From a bacterium (lineage in GTDB: Bacteria; Krumholzibacteriota; Krumholzibacteriia; G020349025), in contig JANLSU010000120.1 of assembly GCA_031362565.1 (NCBI GenBank), positions 129,200-193,199 of the forward strand: a stretch of 64,000 nt of DNA. Direction: 5' to 3'. This document shows, piece by piece, positions 38,253 through 47,382 of the stretch (position 1 is its first letter; every line of letters starts with the position of its first letter). The translations under genes were made by a program, and so were the position numbers. The notes below the pieces were generated by a model that had not been told where the DNA came from, did no database searches, and saw only the letters and a program-made list of their open reading frames with translations.

Positions 38253-39791
38253 TTGGAGGCCCCTGTGTTCAAACGACCGTCCTTTCCGATGTTGTTGCTG
38301 GCCGTCGCCCTGGCAACGCCCGTTCAGGGCGGGGGCGCCCCGGCTCCGGCCGCGGCCGCCGGCAAGATCCCCATCACGACGGCTTCCGCCGCCGCCCGCG
38401 ACGCCTTCCTGCGCGGCCGTGATCTGACTGAGAAGCTGCGTATCCAGCAGGCGCGCGGTGAGTACACGCGCGCTGTCGAGCTCGATCCCAATTTCGCGCT
38501 CGCCTATCTGAACCTGGCCGGCACCCAGCCGACGACGAAGGAGTTCTTCGCGACCTTGGCGCAGGCCGAGGCGCTCGCCGGCAAGGTGTCGGAAGGCGAG
38601 CGGCTGATGATTCAGGGTGCCGTCGTTGCCTCCACGGGAGACAACACGGCGCAGGACAAGATCTACGAGGAGTTGGTCGCAAAGTACCCGGCCGACGAGC
38701 GCGCGCTGGCGCTCCTCGGCAACGCCCATTTCGGGGCGCAGCGCTATGCGGAGGCCATCGTGCAGTACGAGAAGGCGGCGCGCATCGCGCCGGACTTTTC
38801 GCAGCTCTACAACCAGCTTGGTTACAGCTACCGGTTCTTGGGCGAGACCGCCAAGGCCGAGGGCGCGTTCAAGAAATACATCCAACTCATTCCCGATGAT
38901 CCCAACCCGTATGATTCGTACGCCGAACTGCTTTTGAAACTCGGGCGCTTCGACGAGTCGATCGCCAACTATCGCCAGGCACTTGCGGTCGACCCGACGT
39001 TCGTCAACTCGTACCTCGGCATCGCCACCGATCTGGACCTGCAGGGCAAGTGCAAGGATGCGAGGCGCGAGATCGATACGATGCTCGCGAACGCCAAGGA
39101 CGATGGGCAGCGCCGCACCGGACTGTTCGGCAAGACGGTGTCGTTCGTGTACGAAGGCGACCTCGCGTCGGCGCAGGCGGAGCTCGACAAGCAGTTCGCG
39201 CTCGGCGACAAGATCGGCGACGCCCTCGCCATGAGCGGTGACCTGGCACTCATGGGGAATCTGGCGCTCGAGGCCGGCGATGCGGCGACGGCGGAGGCGC
39301 GCTTCGACCGCGCGCTCGCGGTCGTCGAGGCGTCGAAGACGGTAGCTGAAGCCAACAAGGAGTTTCAACGCCGCTTCCAGCCCTATCGCGCCGCGCGCGT
39401 GGCGTTTGCGCGGAACGACCTGGCGACGGCGAAGGCACAATGCGCGACCTTCACCGCCAAGGTCGCGGCCTCGGGGAACGTCTTCCAGAAGAAACTGGCG
39501 CACGAACTCGCGGGGCAAATTGCTCTGGCTGGAAAGAACTATGACGCGGCGATCGCGGAGTTGGGGCAAGCGAACCAGCTCGATCCCTACAACATGTACC
39601 GGCTGTCACTCGCCTACGCCGGCAAGGGAGACGATGCGAAGGCGCGCGATCTCGCAACGCGCGCCGGCAACGACAACACCCTCACCAACTTGAATCTGGC
39701 CTTCGTGCGGCGGCTACTGTGGAAGGCGAACGGCGGCATCGACAGCGCGCCGGCGGGATCGCAGGCGACGCGTTCGTCGAGTGGACACTGA
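38253..39791 (+). CDS. Secreted tetratricopeptide-repeat (TPR) protein
   Basis: Signal peptide MLLLAVALATPVQG, then >8 TPR units with the A/L/Y pattern (AYLNLAG; AIVQYEKAARIAPDFSQLYNQLGYSY; SIANYRQALAVDPTFVNSYLGIA). Confidence 0.7.
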   Translation: MEAPVFKRPSFPMLLLAVALATPVQGGGAPAPAAAAGKIPITTASAAARDAFLRGRDLTEKLRIQQARGEYTRAVELDPNFALAYLNLAGTQPTTKEFFATLAQAEALAGKVSEGERLMIQGAVVASTGDNTAQDKIYEELVAKYPADERALALLGNAHFGAQRYAEAIVQYEKAARIAPDFSQLYNQLGYSYRFLGETAKAEGAFKKYIQLIPDDPNPYDSYAELLLKLGRFDESIANYRQALAVDPTFVNSYLGIATDLDLQGKCKDARREIDTMLANAKDDGQRRTGLFGKTVSFVYEGDLASAQAELDKQFALGDKIGDALAMSGDLALMGNLALEAGDAATAEARFDRALAVVEASKTVAEANKEFQRRFQPYRAARVAFARNDLATAKAQCATFTAKVAASGNVFQKKLAHELAGQIALAGKNYDAAIAELGQANQLDPYNMYRLSLAYAGKGDDAKARDLATRAGNDNTLTNLNLAFVRRLLWKANGGIDSAPAGSQATRSSSGH

Positions 39792-39854
39792 GCCATACGC
39801 GAAGTGATGCGCCGGCCGCGGTGGGCTGCGAAAGCGCCGCGGCCGGCAACTCTT

Positions 39855-40265
39855 TCAATCCCGCCACCCGACGAACCCAATGGCCACCACGATCGACATG
39901 ACGACGACGGCAATCCCAGCGACAAGACCCGCTACCGCGAACGGGTTTCTGTAGGCCCCCTGCACAACATCCAGCGATTGGACTTCGGCACCCGGGAGTG
40001 CCAGGCGCTTCTCTTGCGTCTCACCCCAAGTCGCCGACGAAACGAAAACCCATTCCTGGTCGTGCAGACGCGCGGTCCCGTGGAAGGCGTGGTGAATGCC
40101 GTCACTCGTCTCGTAACCGACGACTTCGATTCCGTTGGCAGACCACGCCGGACGCGGGATCGAAAGCGCGGCGCCGCCCACCGGAACGGAGCGCGTCGAA
40201 GCACAACCTGCGGCGACGAGAAGAAGCAGGGCAAGTGAAGACTGGGCTCGCTTGGGTCGCCGCAT
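39855..40265 (-). CDS. Small lipoprotein with a C-terminal TM anchor (hypothetical)
   Basis: The ATG at c40263..40265 gives MRRPKRAQSSLALLLLVAAGCAS (lipobox). There is a C-terminal hydrophobic helix, AVAGLVAGIAVVVMSIVVAIGFVGW. Confidence 0.4.
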   Translation of the reverse strand: MRRPKRAQSSLALLLLVAAGCASTRSVPVGGAALSIPRPAWSANGIEVVGYETSDGIHHAFHGTARLHDQEWVFVSSATWGETQEKRLALPGAEVQSLDVVQGAYRNPFAVAGLVAGIAVVVMSIVVAIGFVGWRD

Positions 40266-40442
40266 CGTGCCACCGCCAATTGCGAAAATCTCGTCGTCAG
40301 GTTCGCGATGCATGCCACAGCATAGCGCCTCGCTCAGCGCCGAGAACAACCCTCGTCCGTGAATCCAAGCCCACTTGCGAGGCTTGCCGGCGCGGGCGTT
40401 CTCGTGCAATGATTCCGGTGCTCAATCACCGGAGGCATCGGC

Positions 40443-43400
40443 ATGGGTCCACGGGCTCGCCGCTTGGCGCTCATGGCGCTCTTGGGCCTCGTGGCGGCTA
40501 ACGCGGTCGCTCGCCCGGATCAGGATCGGCCCCAGCTGGTGCCGGACGAGCCTGAGGTCGATGCCCCGTTCGCCCGGCCGCCGCGTCAGGCGACCGTCGG
40601 ACATGACACGACTTGGATTGCCGATTGGACGTTCGACGCGCCGGGCGGCGGTTGCACGCCATCGGGATGGACTGCGTACGATTTCCACTTCCGGAACGCC
40701 GGGAACAACGACTGGTCGACGGGTTCGCAGTACGCGGGCCTGGGCGGCGTCATCAACAACTCGGCGGCGATCCTCCGGCATCACGACTTGTGCTGGGCTC
40801 GAGATGGATACGGCAACAACTGGGACTACTCGATCGTCCTCCGATACCAGGATCCGCCTGGTGCTGGGACGTTTGCCACGCTCGCCTTCGACAAATCGAG
40901 CGACAGTGAACCCGGGTATGATTTCGTCTCGGTCGAAGCCGACTCGGCGGGCGCTTCTGAGGCGCGCTTCAACTTCTGTGCGAATCCATCCGGGGCCGCG
41001 GAGTCCTACCGGCAGCAGATCCTCTCCACGACCGGCTATGACCCCGGTTCACATGTTGGTCCGGTCAACCTCCCGGAGTATGGCCCCGGCCTCCACGAGG
41101 TTTACATCCGTTTCAATAGCGACGCCGGTTACTCGGACCAGGACGGCATGTACTCGAGTGGCAACCACCTGGGTCTTGTCGTCGACAACATTGTCGTGAC
41201 GGGCCCGCTCGCGTACGTCGAAAACTTCGAAGGTTCGCTCGGCGCCAATGTTCAGCTACTCAACACGGCAGCGAACGTGCCCTTTTGCGCCGCGCCTTGG
41301 GCGCGGCTCGTGGTTCATCCAACCGACAACGACAAGTGTACGGAGGACAACACTTGCGCTTGGATCGCGTCGGATCCTGCACGTCCGGCGCTCTTTCCTG
41401 ACATGGCTTTCGGGCCAGGTCAGGCGATCGTCCATAACTGGATCGACGACATCGTCGTGAGCCCATGGGTCGCCCTCGGCCCGACGGCGAAGGCCACCGT
41501 GTTCTCGCTGCGGCGCTTCGGTGGGAATATCTTCACGAACGGGTACATCGTACAAGGACATCACCTCCGCTCCCTGCGCCGCGTCGACAATACCGACTCG
41601 CCACAGCCGGGCGACTCGATCGACTGCGTCTCGACTTGGGCGCGCATGAGCTCCTTCAACACGCTCGGCACGTTCGCGTGGACGAACAAATTCGATGATC
41701 TCGCCCAGTACTACGATCCCAGCGCGACCCAGATCCAAGTCGCATTCCGGATCGCCGACGGACAGGCTCTTTTTGGCTATCCGCCGCCAACGACTCTCAA
41801 TCCTGGACCCGGCCCGTATATCGACCGGGTCCGCCTTGGTCGCCTCGGACTTCCGGGACCTGGAATGGGTGCCGTAGACCCGAGTTATCAGGCGCAGGAT
41901 GCGTTTCCAACCGCGCTTGCCGCGAGCCCGAGCGTCTATCTCCCGGACGGCTCGAATCGCTTTGGAGCCTGTGCTTTCTCGGGCAGCCGCCTGGTGGGTT
42001 CTTGCTGCGGGAACCGGCCGGTTCCCGGCGATTCGATCATTGTGTACGCGTCCGATTCGAACGGCACCGGAATGGCGGGCGTGCGTTTCTACGGCGCGAT
42101 CGTCTCCGGTCCACATGCGGGCAAGGCGCCGCCGCCCTACTCAGTGAGCCAGAGCGGCTTCTTCACGGTCGATGCGGCCAAGGTGGGAGCTTTTAACTCG
42201 GGATACTGGACCGTTGATCTCGACGATACCTATTTGCGCGGTGGTGACGTCCTGCAGTACGTTTGGATCGCCGAAGACAATGCCGGGCGTCATACTTCGC
42301 TGCCCGCAGGGCTGTTCGCTCCGCCCGAGTCGATCGCGCAAGCGGAGCTGGAAACGGGCGGGCTGTACGAGGTCAACGCCCTGCCGGTGATCGACTGGGA
42401 TCCGGCGTATTTGGCACGCATCGCGGCGGATAACCACGGCGATCTCGATCCAACCGAGACCGAAATTGCCCAATCACGGCAAGCGAACTGCATTCTGTAC
42501 TACGAAAAGGTCAACACCGCGCGCCGCAGTGGAGCCGCGAACCGGACGACTTTCATGTACACGCTCGACGCTCTGGGCTACCGCGGAAAGTACGACGTGT
42601 ATGACACTCAAGGGTACTCGTCGGCTTCGTCCGCACTCGCGACACGCGCCAACGTCGGCCAGTGCGCCGGTTACGCGCTGATCATTCAAGACGACGGGCG
42701 TTCGAGCTTGCTTCCAAACGTTCCCACGGCGAGCCAAGGCTTCACGGCCTTCGACCAGGCACAGTGGTATCGCGACTATCTGGCACAGGGAGCGACGAGC
42801 CTGGCGGGGCGCGCGACGTTGTGGCTCTTGGGCGAAAGCACCGCGATCGAGAATCCCAGCAATCCGCTCTTCGCGACCGACATGGGGCTCGCGGGCGTGG
42901 TGGGCGACCAGGGCATCGCCGTGAACCCGGAGATCGCCGGCACGGGAAGCTTCACTTGGGCCACGGGTGAAGTCACTTCCTTCGCCGGTGATGCCTGCAT
43001 GTTGCAAGGCGGTTGCCCGTTCGTCCGCGCGTACGACGGTGCGTCCGCCTCCGGAACGGCGGTCGTGACCCATCGCTATCAAGCCGGACCGAATTCCGGC
43101 CCGGGCGCGGTCGTCATGAATCGCAATGTGGCGCAAAAGTGGAACACCGTGTGGATGGGATTCGGATGGTTTGATGTGCGAGACGGCACCATGACTTCAT
43201 TGCCGTCCGCGCCATCGTTCGCGCTGGCGAGCAAGATTCTCACGGGAGCACTCGCTGATTCGTGCCTGGCGCCGCTCGATCCTACCGGCGCTGGGGATCC
43301 AATTTCGCTTGCCGCACCGCGCTCGACTGCACTGCTTCCCAACGTGCCGAATCCGTTCAATCCTACGACTCAGATACCGTTCGACCTAGCCGCGCCGGGG

Positions 43401-43598
43401 CACGTCGTTCTGTCTGTGTACGACGGAGCCGGTCGCTGGGTGTGTACCTTGGTCGACGCGCAACGCGCCCCCGGGCATTACTCGACGCTCTGGAATGGCC
43501 TGACAGCCGCGGGTGTGCCCGCACCCTCCGGTGTGTACTTCTCCCGGCTGGCCACTCCAACCGCAGTCGTTTCGCGCAAGATGATACTCGTGCGCTAG
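40443..43598 (+). CDS. Large secreted protein (1051 aa) with a T9SS-type C-terminal sorting domain. The N-terminal domains are of unknown function.
   Basis: Signal peptide LALMALLGLVAANAVA. The C-terminal LLPNVPNPFNPTTQIPFDLAAPGHVVLSVYDGAGRWVCTLVDAQRAPGHYSTLWNGLTAAGVPAPSGVYFSRLATPTAVVSRKMILVR matches the Por_Secre_tail consensus (NxxNPFNPxT...GVYFYRL...K.ILLK). Confidence 0.7.
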   Translation: MGPRARRLALMALLGLVAANAVARPDQDRPQLVPDEPEVDAPFARPPRQATVGHDTTWIADWTFDAPGGGCTPSGWTAYDFHFRNAGNNDWSTGSQYAGLGGVINNSAAILRHHDLCWARDGYGNNWDYSIVLRYQDPPGAGTFATLAFDKSSDSEPGYDFVSVEADSAGASEARFNFCANPSGAAESYRQQILSTTGYDPGSHVGPVNLPEYGPGLHEVYIRFNSDAGYSDQDGMYSSGNHLGLVVDNIVVTGPLAYVENFEGSLGANVQLLNTAANVPFCAAPWARLVVHPTDNDKCTEDNTCAWIASDPARPALFPDMAFGPGQAIVHNWIDDIVVSPWVALGPTAKATVFSLRRFGGNIFTNGYIVQGHHLRSLRRVDNTDSPQPGDSIDCVSTWARMSSFNTLGTFAWTNKFDDLAQYYDPSATQIQVAFRIADGQALFGYPPPTTLNPGPGPYIDRVRLGRLGLPGPGMGAVDPSYQAQDAFPTALAASPSVYLPDGSNRFGACAFSGSRLVGSCCGNRPVPGDSIIVYASDSNGTGMAGVRFYGAIVSGPHAGKAPPPYSVSQSGFFTVDAAKVGAFNSGYWTVDLDDTYLRGGDVLQYVWIAEDNAGRHTSLPAGLFAPPESIAQAELETGGLYEVNALPVIDWDPAYLARIAADNHGDLDPTETEIAQSRQANCILYYEKVNTARRSGAANRTTFMYTLDALGYRGKYDVYDTQGYSSASSALATRANVGQCAGYALIIQDDGRSSLLPNVPTASQGFTAFDQAQWYRDYLAQGATSLAGRATLWLLGESTAIENPSNPLFATDMGLAGVVGDQGIAVNPEIAGTGSFTWATGEVTSFAGDACMLQGGCPFVRAYDGASASGTAVVTHRYQAGPNSGPGAVVMNRNVAQKWNTVWMGFGWFDVRDGTMTSLPSAPSFALASKILTGALADSCLAPLDPTGAGDPISLAAPRSTALLPNVPNPFNPTTQIPFDLAAPGHVVLSVYDGAGRWVCTLVDAQRAPGHYSTLWNGLTAAGVPAPSGVYFSRLATPTAVVSRKMILVR

Positions 43599-43619
43599 TC
43601 CGACCGTTGGTTCGCCGGC

Positions 43620-44789
43620 TCAGAAACCTTGGTCCCAGAGTTGCGAAAGAAACTGTTCGACCGGGAGAATCTCGATCCGGTCCTCTGTCGTGCGTGGATG
43701 TGGCTCCAACGACACCACAATCTTGCGAACCTTCGGCCAGTCCTCGCTGAAGGCCCGCAGACCCTTGAGATCACGCGGCGAGACGGTTTGTGAGGCCTTG
43801 ACCTCGATCGCGATCAACGGCTTCTGGCCCTCCGCTAGAACGAAGTCGACCTCCAATTGGGAGAGAGACCTCCAGAAGAAGAGCCGCCGGCCACTGCGGA
43901 AGTAATCGAGCGATGCTCTCAGCTCGCGCTCGATGAGGTGTTCAAGAACTCGCCCATACTCGGGCGTGCGGGGCGACACGGACCAGCGATCCAAGAGTGC
44001 ATGCGTGACGCCCACATCGAAGAAGAAGAACTTTTCGGTGGCGACCGCCTTGCGTGACCGCGTTCCCTGGAATGGCGGAAGCAGGTTCCCGACCAGCGTA
44101 TCCTCGAGGACCTGAAAATAGTCGCGTACGGTTCGCGGTGAGATCTGCGCGTCGTTCCCCACCTTCGTGTAGTTGACGATCTCGCCGTTCATCGCGGCAG
44201 CCGTCTCCAGAAAACGGCTGAAGTTTGGAATCGAGCGAGCCAGCCCCTCGGCGCGTATCTCCTCCTGGAGATAGAGACCGACGTACGCCTGGAGGTCCTC
44301 TTTGGGACGATCGGAGAGGAGCACCGACGGCAGGCCGCCCCATTGGAGCAAGTCTTTCCAGGTTCGGCGCGGTGAAACGGTCCCAATCTCTGGGTACACG
44401 ATTGAATGCATCCGAACCAACCCGGCCCGACCCCCAAGCAGATTTCGGCCCCGCGCGCGTAATTTTCGTGCGCTGCTTCCCGTCAAGATGAAACGCAACG
44501 ACGTCTCCCGCTCCATGAGGCGGTGAACTTCGTCGAGAAGCTCGGGCAGCTTTTGGATTTCGTCCAGAATGACGACCTTGCGGCGTTCCGTCAGAGTTCG
44601 CGCCCGCTCTCCGATCAGGGCGGGAGATGCCGACAACGATCGGAACGTCTGGGCATCCAAGAGGTCGAGGAACAGGGCCTTGGGGAATGATTTCCGGAGC
44701 AGCGTGGACTTGCCGGTCAGGCGTGGGCCCAAGAGGAAGAAGCTCTTCTGGGCGGCAAGGGCCGGTAGGTCGAGAAAACGTCGGAACAT
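43620..44789 (-). CDS. AAA_14 / DUF4143 family ATPase (paralog 2)
   Basis: Walker A GPRLTGKST, Walker B VILDEIQ, and a C-terminal DUF4143-like region (PLIAIEVKASQTVSPRDLKGLRAF). Confidence 0.8.
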   Translation of the reverse strand: MFRRFLDLPALAAQKSFFLLGPRLTGKSTLLRKSFPKALFLDLLDAQTFRSLSASPALIGERARTLTERRKVVILDEIQKLPELLDEVHRLMERETSLRFILTGSSARKLRARGRNLLGGRAGLVRMHSIVYPEIGTVSPRRTWKDLLQWGGLPSVLLSDRPKEDLQAYVGLYLQEEIRAEGLARSIPNFSRFLETAAAMNGEIVNYTKVGNDAQISPRTVRDYFQVLEDTLVGNLLPPFQGTRSRKAVATEKFFFFDVGVTHALLDRWSVSPRTPEYGRVLEHLIERELRASLDYFRSGRRLFFWRSLSQLEVDFVLAEGQKPLIAIEVKASQTVSPRDLKGLRAFSEDWPKVRKIVVSLEPHPRTTEDRIEILPVEQFLSQLWDQGF

Positions 44790-44889
44790 GACCAGAAGAT
44801 AGCGTACACGGTTTCAGAGATCCAGTGGTATATCCACTGAATTTCATGAAATCCAGTGGAGGTCCCACCACCCCCACCCGGCCGCCACG

Positions 44890-45981
44890 TCAGGACACGG
44901 CTTCCCTGGCCCGCACCGGCGACGGGCCGCGTGGGCCGCGCCGCCGCGTGCCGGCCACCGGCTCGAGGGCATCGACGAGATCCTGCAGCTCGGCATGATT
45001 GCGCAGTTCCGCGAGATCGAAGCCGATGTTGTGTGCCGGCACTTTCAAGCGATAGCCGCTCCGGCCGTCGTTGTCGAAGAGTGCGACACGGTCTTCGATG
45101 CCGAGCTGTTCGACGATGCGTTTGATATGGGTGTGAGCGATGCCCTTTTCCTTGATGTTGACGAGCCCGCCGCCACCGGTCGGGTGGAGCACCCGCTCGG
45201 CCGCGAACACCAGCAACCGCCGGTGCACTTCCGGGGTCATCAATTTGCGCTCGCCGTCTACTTCGACGGCGATGCGGTCCCCTTCCAGCCGCCCTGTAAA
45301 GAAGAGACCGAGACCCGAAAGACGCGCGCGCTCGTGCGCCCAACTCATGGCGAGCGCCAAGAACGTCGTGATCGTGGCGGTTTTGGAGACCAGGATGAGC
45401 ACCCAGTTGTAGTCGGGCACGCGCCACTGCGCGGCGATCTGCATCGCGACCGCGACACACGCCAGCCCGGCCAACATCGCGAAGCCGCGGCGCGCGAACG
45501 ACACGGCGAGTGCCCAACCAAGGGCAATGAGCGTCACGAGCGACAACACGACATCCGGCAACTGTTGCGCCCAACCGGTCGTCCGGCGCGTCCAGAAGCC
45601 GATCGCGACGGCGAGACCGAGTACCGCCGCCAAGAACAGCCAGCGCACCCGCGGCACGCGCAGCAGCCGCAAGCGCTCGGGTCCGTGATCGAGATGCGCG
45701 ATCGCGAGCCAGAAAAATCCGTTGTTCACCGTCGAGGCGATGGCGAGTGCTGCATCCACACCAGGACCCTGTGGACCGATCCACGTCCAGAACCCGAGCA
45801 CGGCCCATGCGAGCACCGCGGCCGCGAGCCAAAACAATCCGGGATCGCGCCGCACCGGTTGTCCCGGCGTGCGCCGCACTTCCGGCACGCCGCCAATCCA
45901 AAAAGACAGCAATGCCAGCCCCGCGAAGAGGCAAATCGCGGCTTGGCTGGCGCCGAACCAGAGTGGTGAACGGGTCTCCAC
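44890..45981 (-). CDS. Polytopic membrane protein with a C-terminal cytoplasmic domain (hypothetical)
   Basis: ~8 hydrophobic helices in the first 230 aa, then a soluble ~130-aa tail (EVDGERKLMTPEVHRRLLVFAAERVLHPTGGGGLVNIKEKGIAHTHIKRIVEQLGIED), possibly DNA-binding or regulatory. I see no named domain. Confidence 0.45.
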   Translation of the reverse strand: METRSPLWFGASQAAICLFAGLALLSFWIGGVPEVRRTPGQPVRRDPGLFWLAAAVLAWAVLGFWTWIGPQGPGVDAALAIASTVNNGFFWLAIAHLDHGPERLRLLRVPRVRWLFLAAVLGLAVAIGFWTRRTTGWAQQLPDVVLSLVTLIALGWALAVSFARRGFAMLAGLACVAVAMQIAAQWRVPDYNWVLILVSKTATITTFLALAMSWAHERARLSGLGLFFTGRLEGDRIAVEVDGERKLMTPEVHRRLLVFAAERVLHPTGGGGLVNIKEKGIAHTHIKRIVEQLGIEDRVALFDNDGRSGYRLKVPAHNIGFDLAELRNHAELQDLVDALEPVAGTRRRGPRGPSPVRAREAVS

Positions 45982-45990
45982 GCGAACCCT

Positions 45991-46440
45991 TCAGTTGTCT
46001 TTGGCCTTCACTTGCTTCTGCAGTTCCTTCGGCCATTTCGCGAGCGCCAGCGCTGCGCCTTGGTAGTGATAATCGATGGGATCCTGGCCGGTCTTTTCCC
46101 AGTGCAGCACGCCTTGGATGGAATCGCCCGTCACGACACCGGTCCAGGTGTTCGTGCCTTCCTTGGGGCTTAGAGCCACGGCCCGGAAGGTCATGCTGTT
46201 GCCGGTGACCTGCGTGGTGTAGGCAGTCTTGGTAAAACCGTACTTGCGGCACTCCATCGATTCGAACATGCCTTTGCGGAAGATCGCATGCTCGCGGCTG
46301 CACGACTTGTTGGTTTGATCGGCGATTTCGATATGGAACGCCTTACCGTCGAGGCCGTTGCCGTCGGCGCACGCGCGGCCGGCCAGAAGCGCGATCGCGA
46401 GCAGTGCCAAACGCACCCTGTATGAACCGGGTTTCGTCAT
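45991..46440 (-). CDS. Small secreted protein (hypothetical)
   Basis: MTKPGSYRVRLALLAIALLAGRACA signal peptide, and a Cys-containing ~125-aa mature domain. Confidence 0.45.
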   Translation of the reverse strand: MTKPGSYRVRLALLAIALLAGRACADGNGLDGKAFHIEIADQTNKSCSREHAIFRKGMFESMECRKYGFTKTAYTTQVTGNSMTFRAVALSPKEGTNTWTGVVTGDSIQGVLHWEKTGQDPIDYHYQGAALALAKWPKELQKQVKAKDN

Positions 46441-46496
46441 TGCGACTCCTCGTTCCACGGGTCCGCAGTGTCTGAACCGTGGAGTCTACAACGAAA

Positions 46497-46533
46497 CCGG
46501 CCCGCTGGGAGAGGATCCCAGCGGGCCGGTTGG
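46497..46533 (-). terminator. Intrinsic-terminator-like perfect hairpin downstream of gene 46703..47158
   Basis: AACCGGCCCGCTGG-gagaggatc-CCAGCGGGCCGGTT, a 14-bp GC-rich stem, followed on the minus strand by a T-rich tract (ttcgttgt). A second 8-bp hairpin lies at ~46660-46684. Confidence 0.4.
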
Positions 46534-46702
46534 CCGTCGCTCGCATCGGTCGGGAGTGGCTTTCGACCGGGGGGCGGAGGCCGGTGAGACTACGGCGCCC
46601 GGCGTTCGTCATCACGACAATCGCCGGACGCAAAATCGGTGCGGCGTTTCAGCAACAGGCGTTCCGAGCCCCTAGGAACGCCGCGCGAAACGCCGCACAC
46701 GC

Positions 46703-47158
46703 TCACCGGCGATATTGATCCTTCATCGTGCTCCAGCTCGAGGCTGAGATGGAGCTCGTCCGCGTCTCCAGATCGATCTGCTTGGCGGCGCCATTCTCCC
46801 AACGCGTGTCATTGAAGCTGCCGACGATGTTGGCGATCCACGTCGCGTCGCTCGCCAGAACATCCTTGCCGTCCAAGCGCCAGTTGAGGATCTCACCCTG
46901 GTTGGCGCCTTCGTCGATGGAGCCGGTCAGCGAATCGTTGCCGTACACATGGATGAGAAAGCTGCCGTCGGCGTTGGCGAGCGCCGAACCGCAGGTGATG
47001 CCGTCGGAGTCGATGGCTTCGATCATGGTGCCGGCGGCCAGCGTGGCGCCGTTCATTTTCGAACCGATGCTGAAGAAATCGGCAACTGGGGCCTGGGCTT
47101 GGGCCGCGCTCGCGCCGCAGGCGAGAGCGAGGGCGATCGTGAGAGCAATGCGTTTCAT
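46703..47158 (-). CDS. Small secreted protein (hypothetical)
   Basis: The ATG at c47156..47158 follows GGAGG and gives MKRIALTIALALACGASAAQA, a signal peptide. The ~130-aa mature protein has no recognised domain. Confidence 0.5.
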   Translation of the reverse strand: MKRIALTIALALACGASAAQAQAPVADFFSIGSKMNGATLAAGTMIEAIDSDGITCGSALANADGSFLIHVYGNDSLTGSIDEGANQGEILNWRLDGKDVLASDATWIANIVGSFNDTRWENGAAKQIDLETRTSSISASSWSTMKDQYRR

Positions 47159-47382
47159 TTTCGAACCTCCTGTTGATCGTTGTCTCTCCGCCCCGGGTGG
47201 AGACGGAGCCGTTCGAGCTTTTCTCGCGCTACCAGGGCTCGAACGGACTCCGTATCTCCTCCCGCGGCAGTGGCGGTGGCACAACCGAACCGGACGGAAT
47301 CGCCGAGCCGAAGCCCGGTGCGATCCTTGGGACCCGGCTGTGCTCACCGCACAAGTCCGGCGTTGGAGACGCTGGCCGCGTC

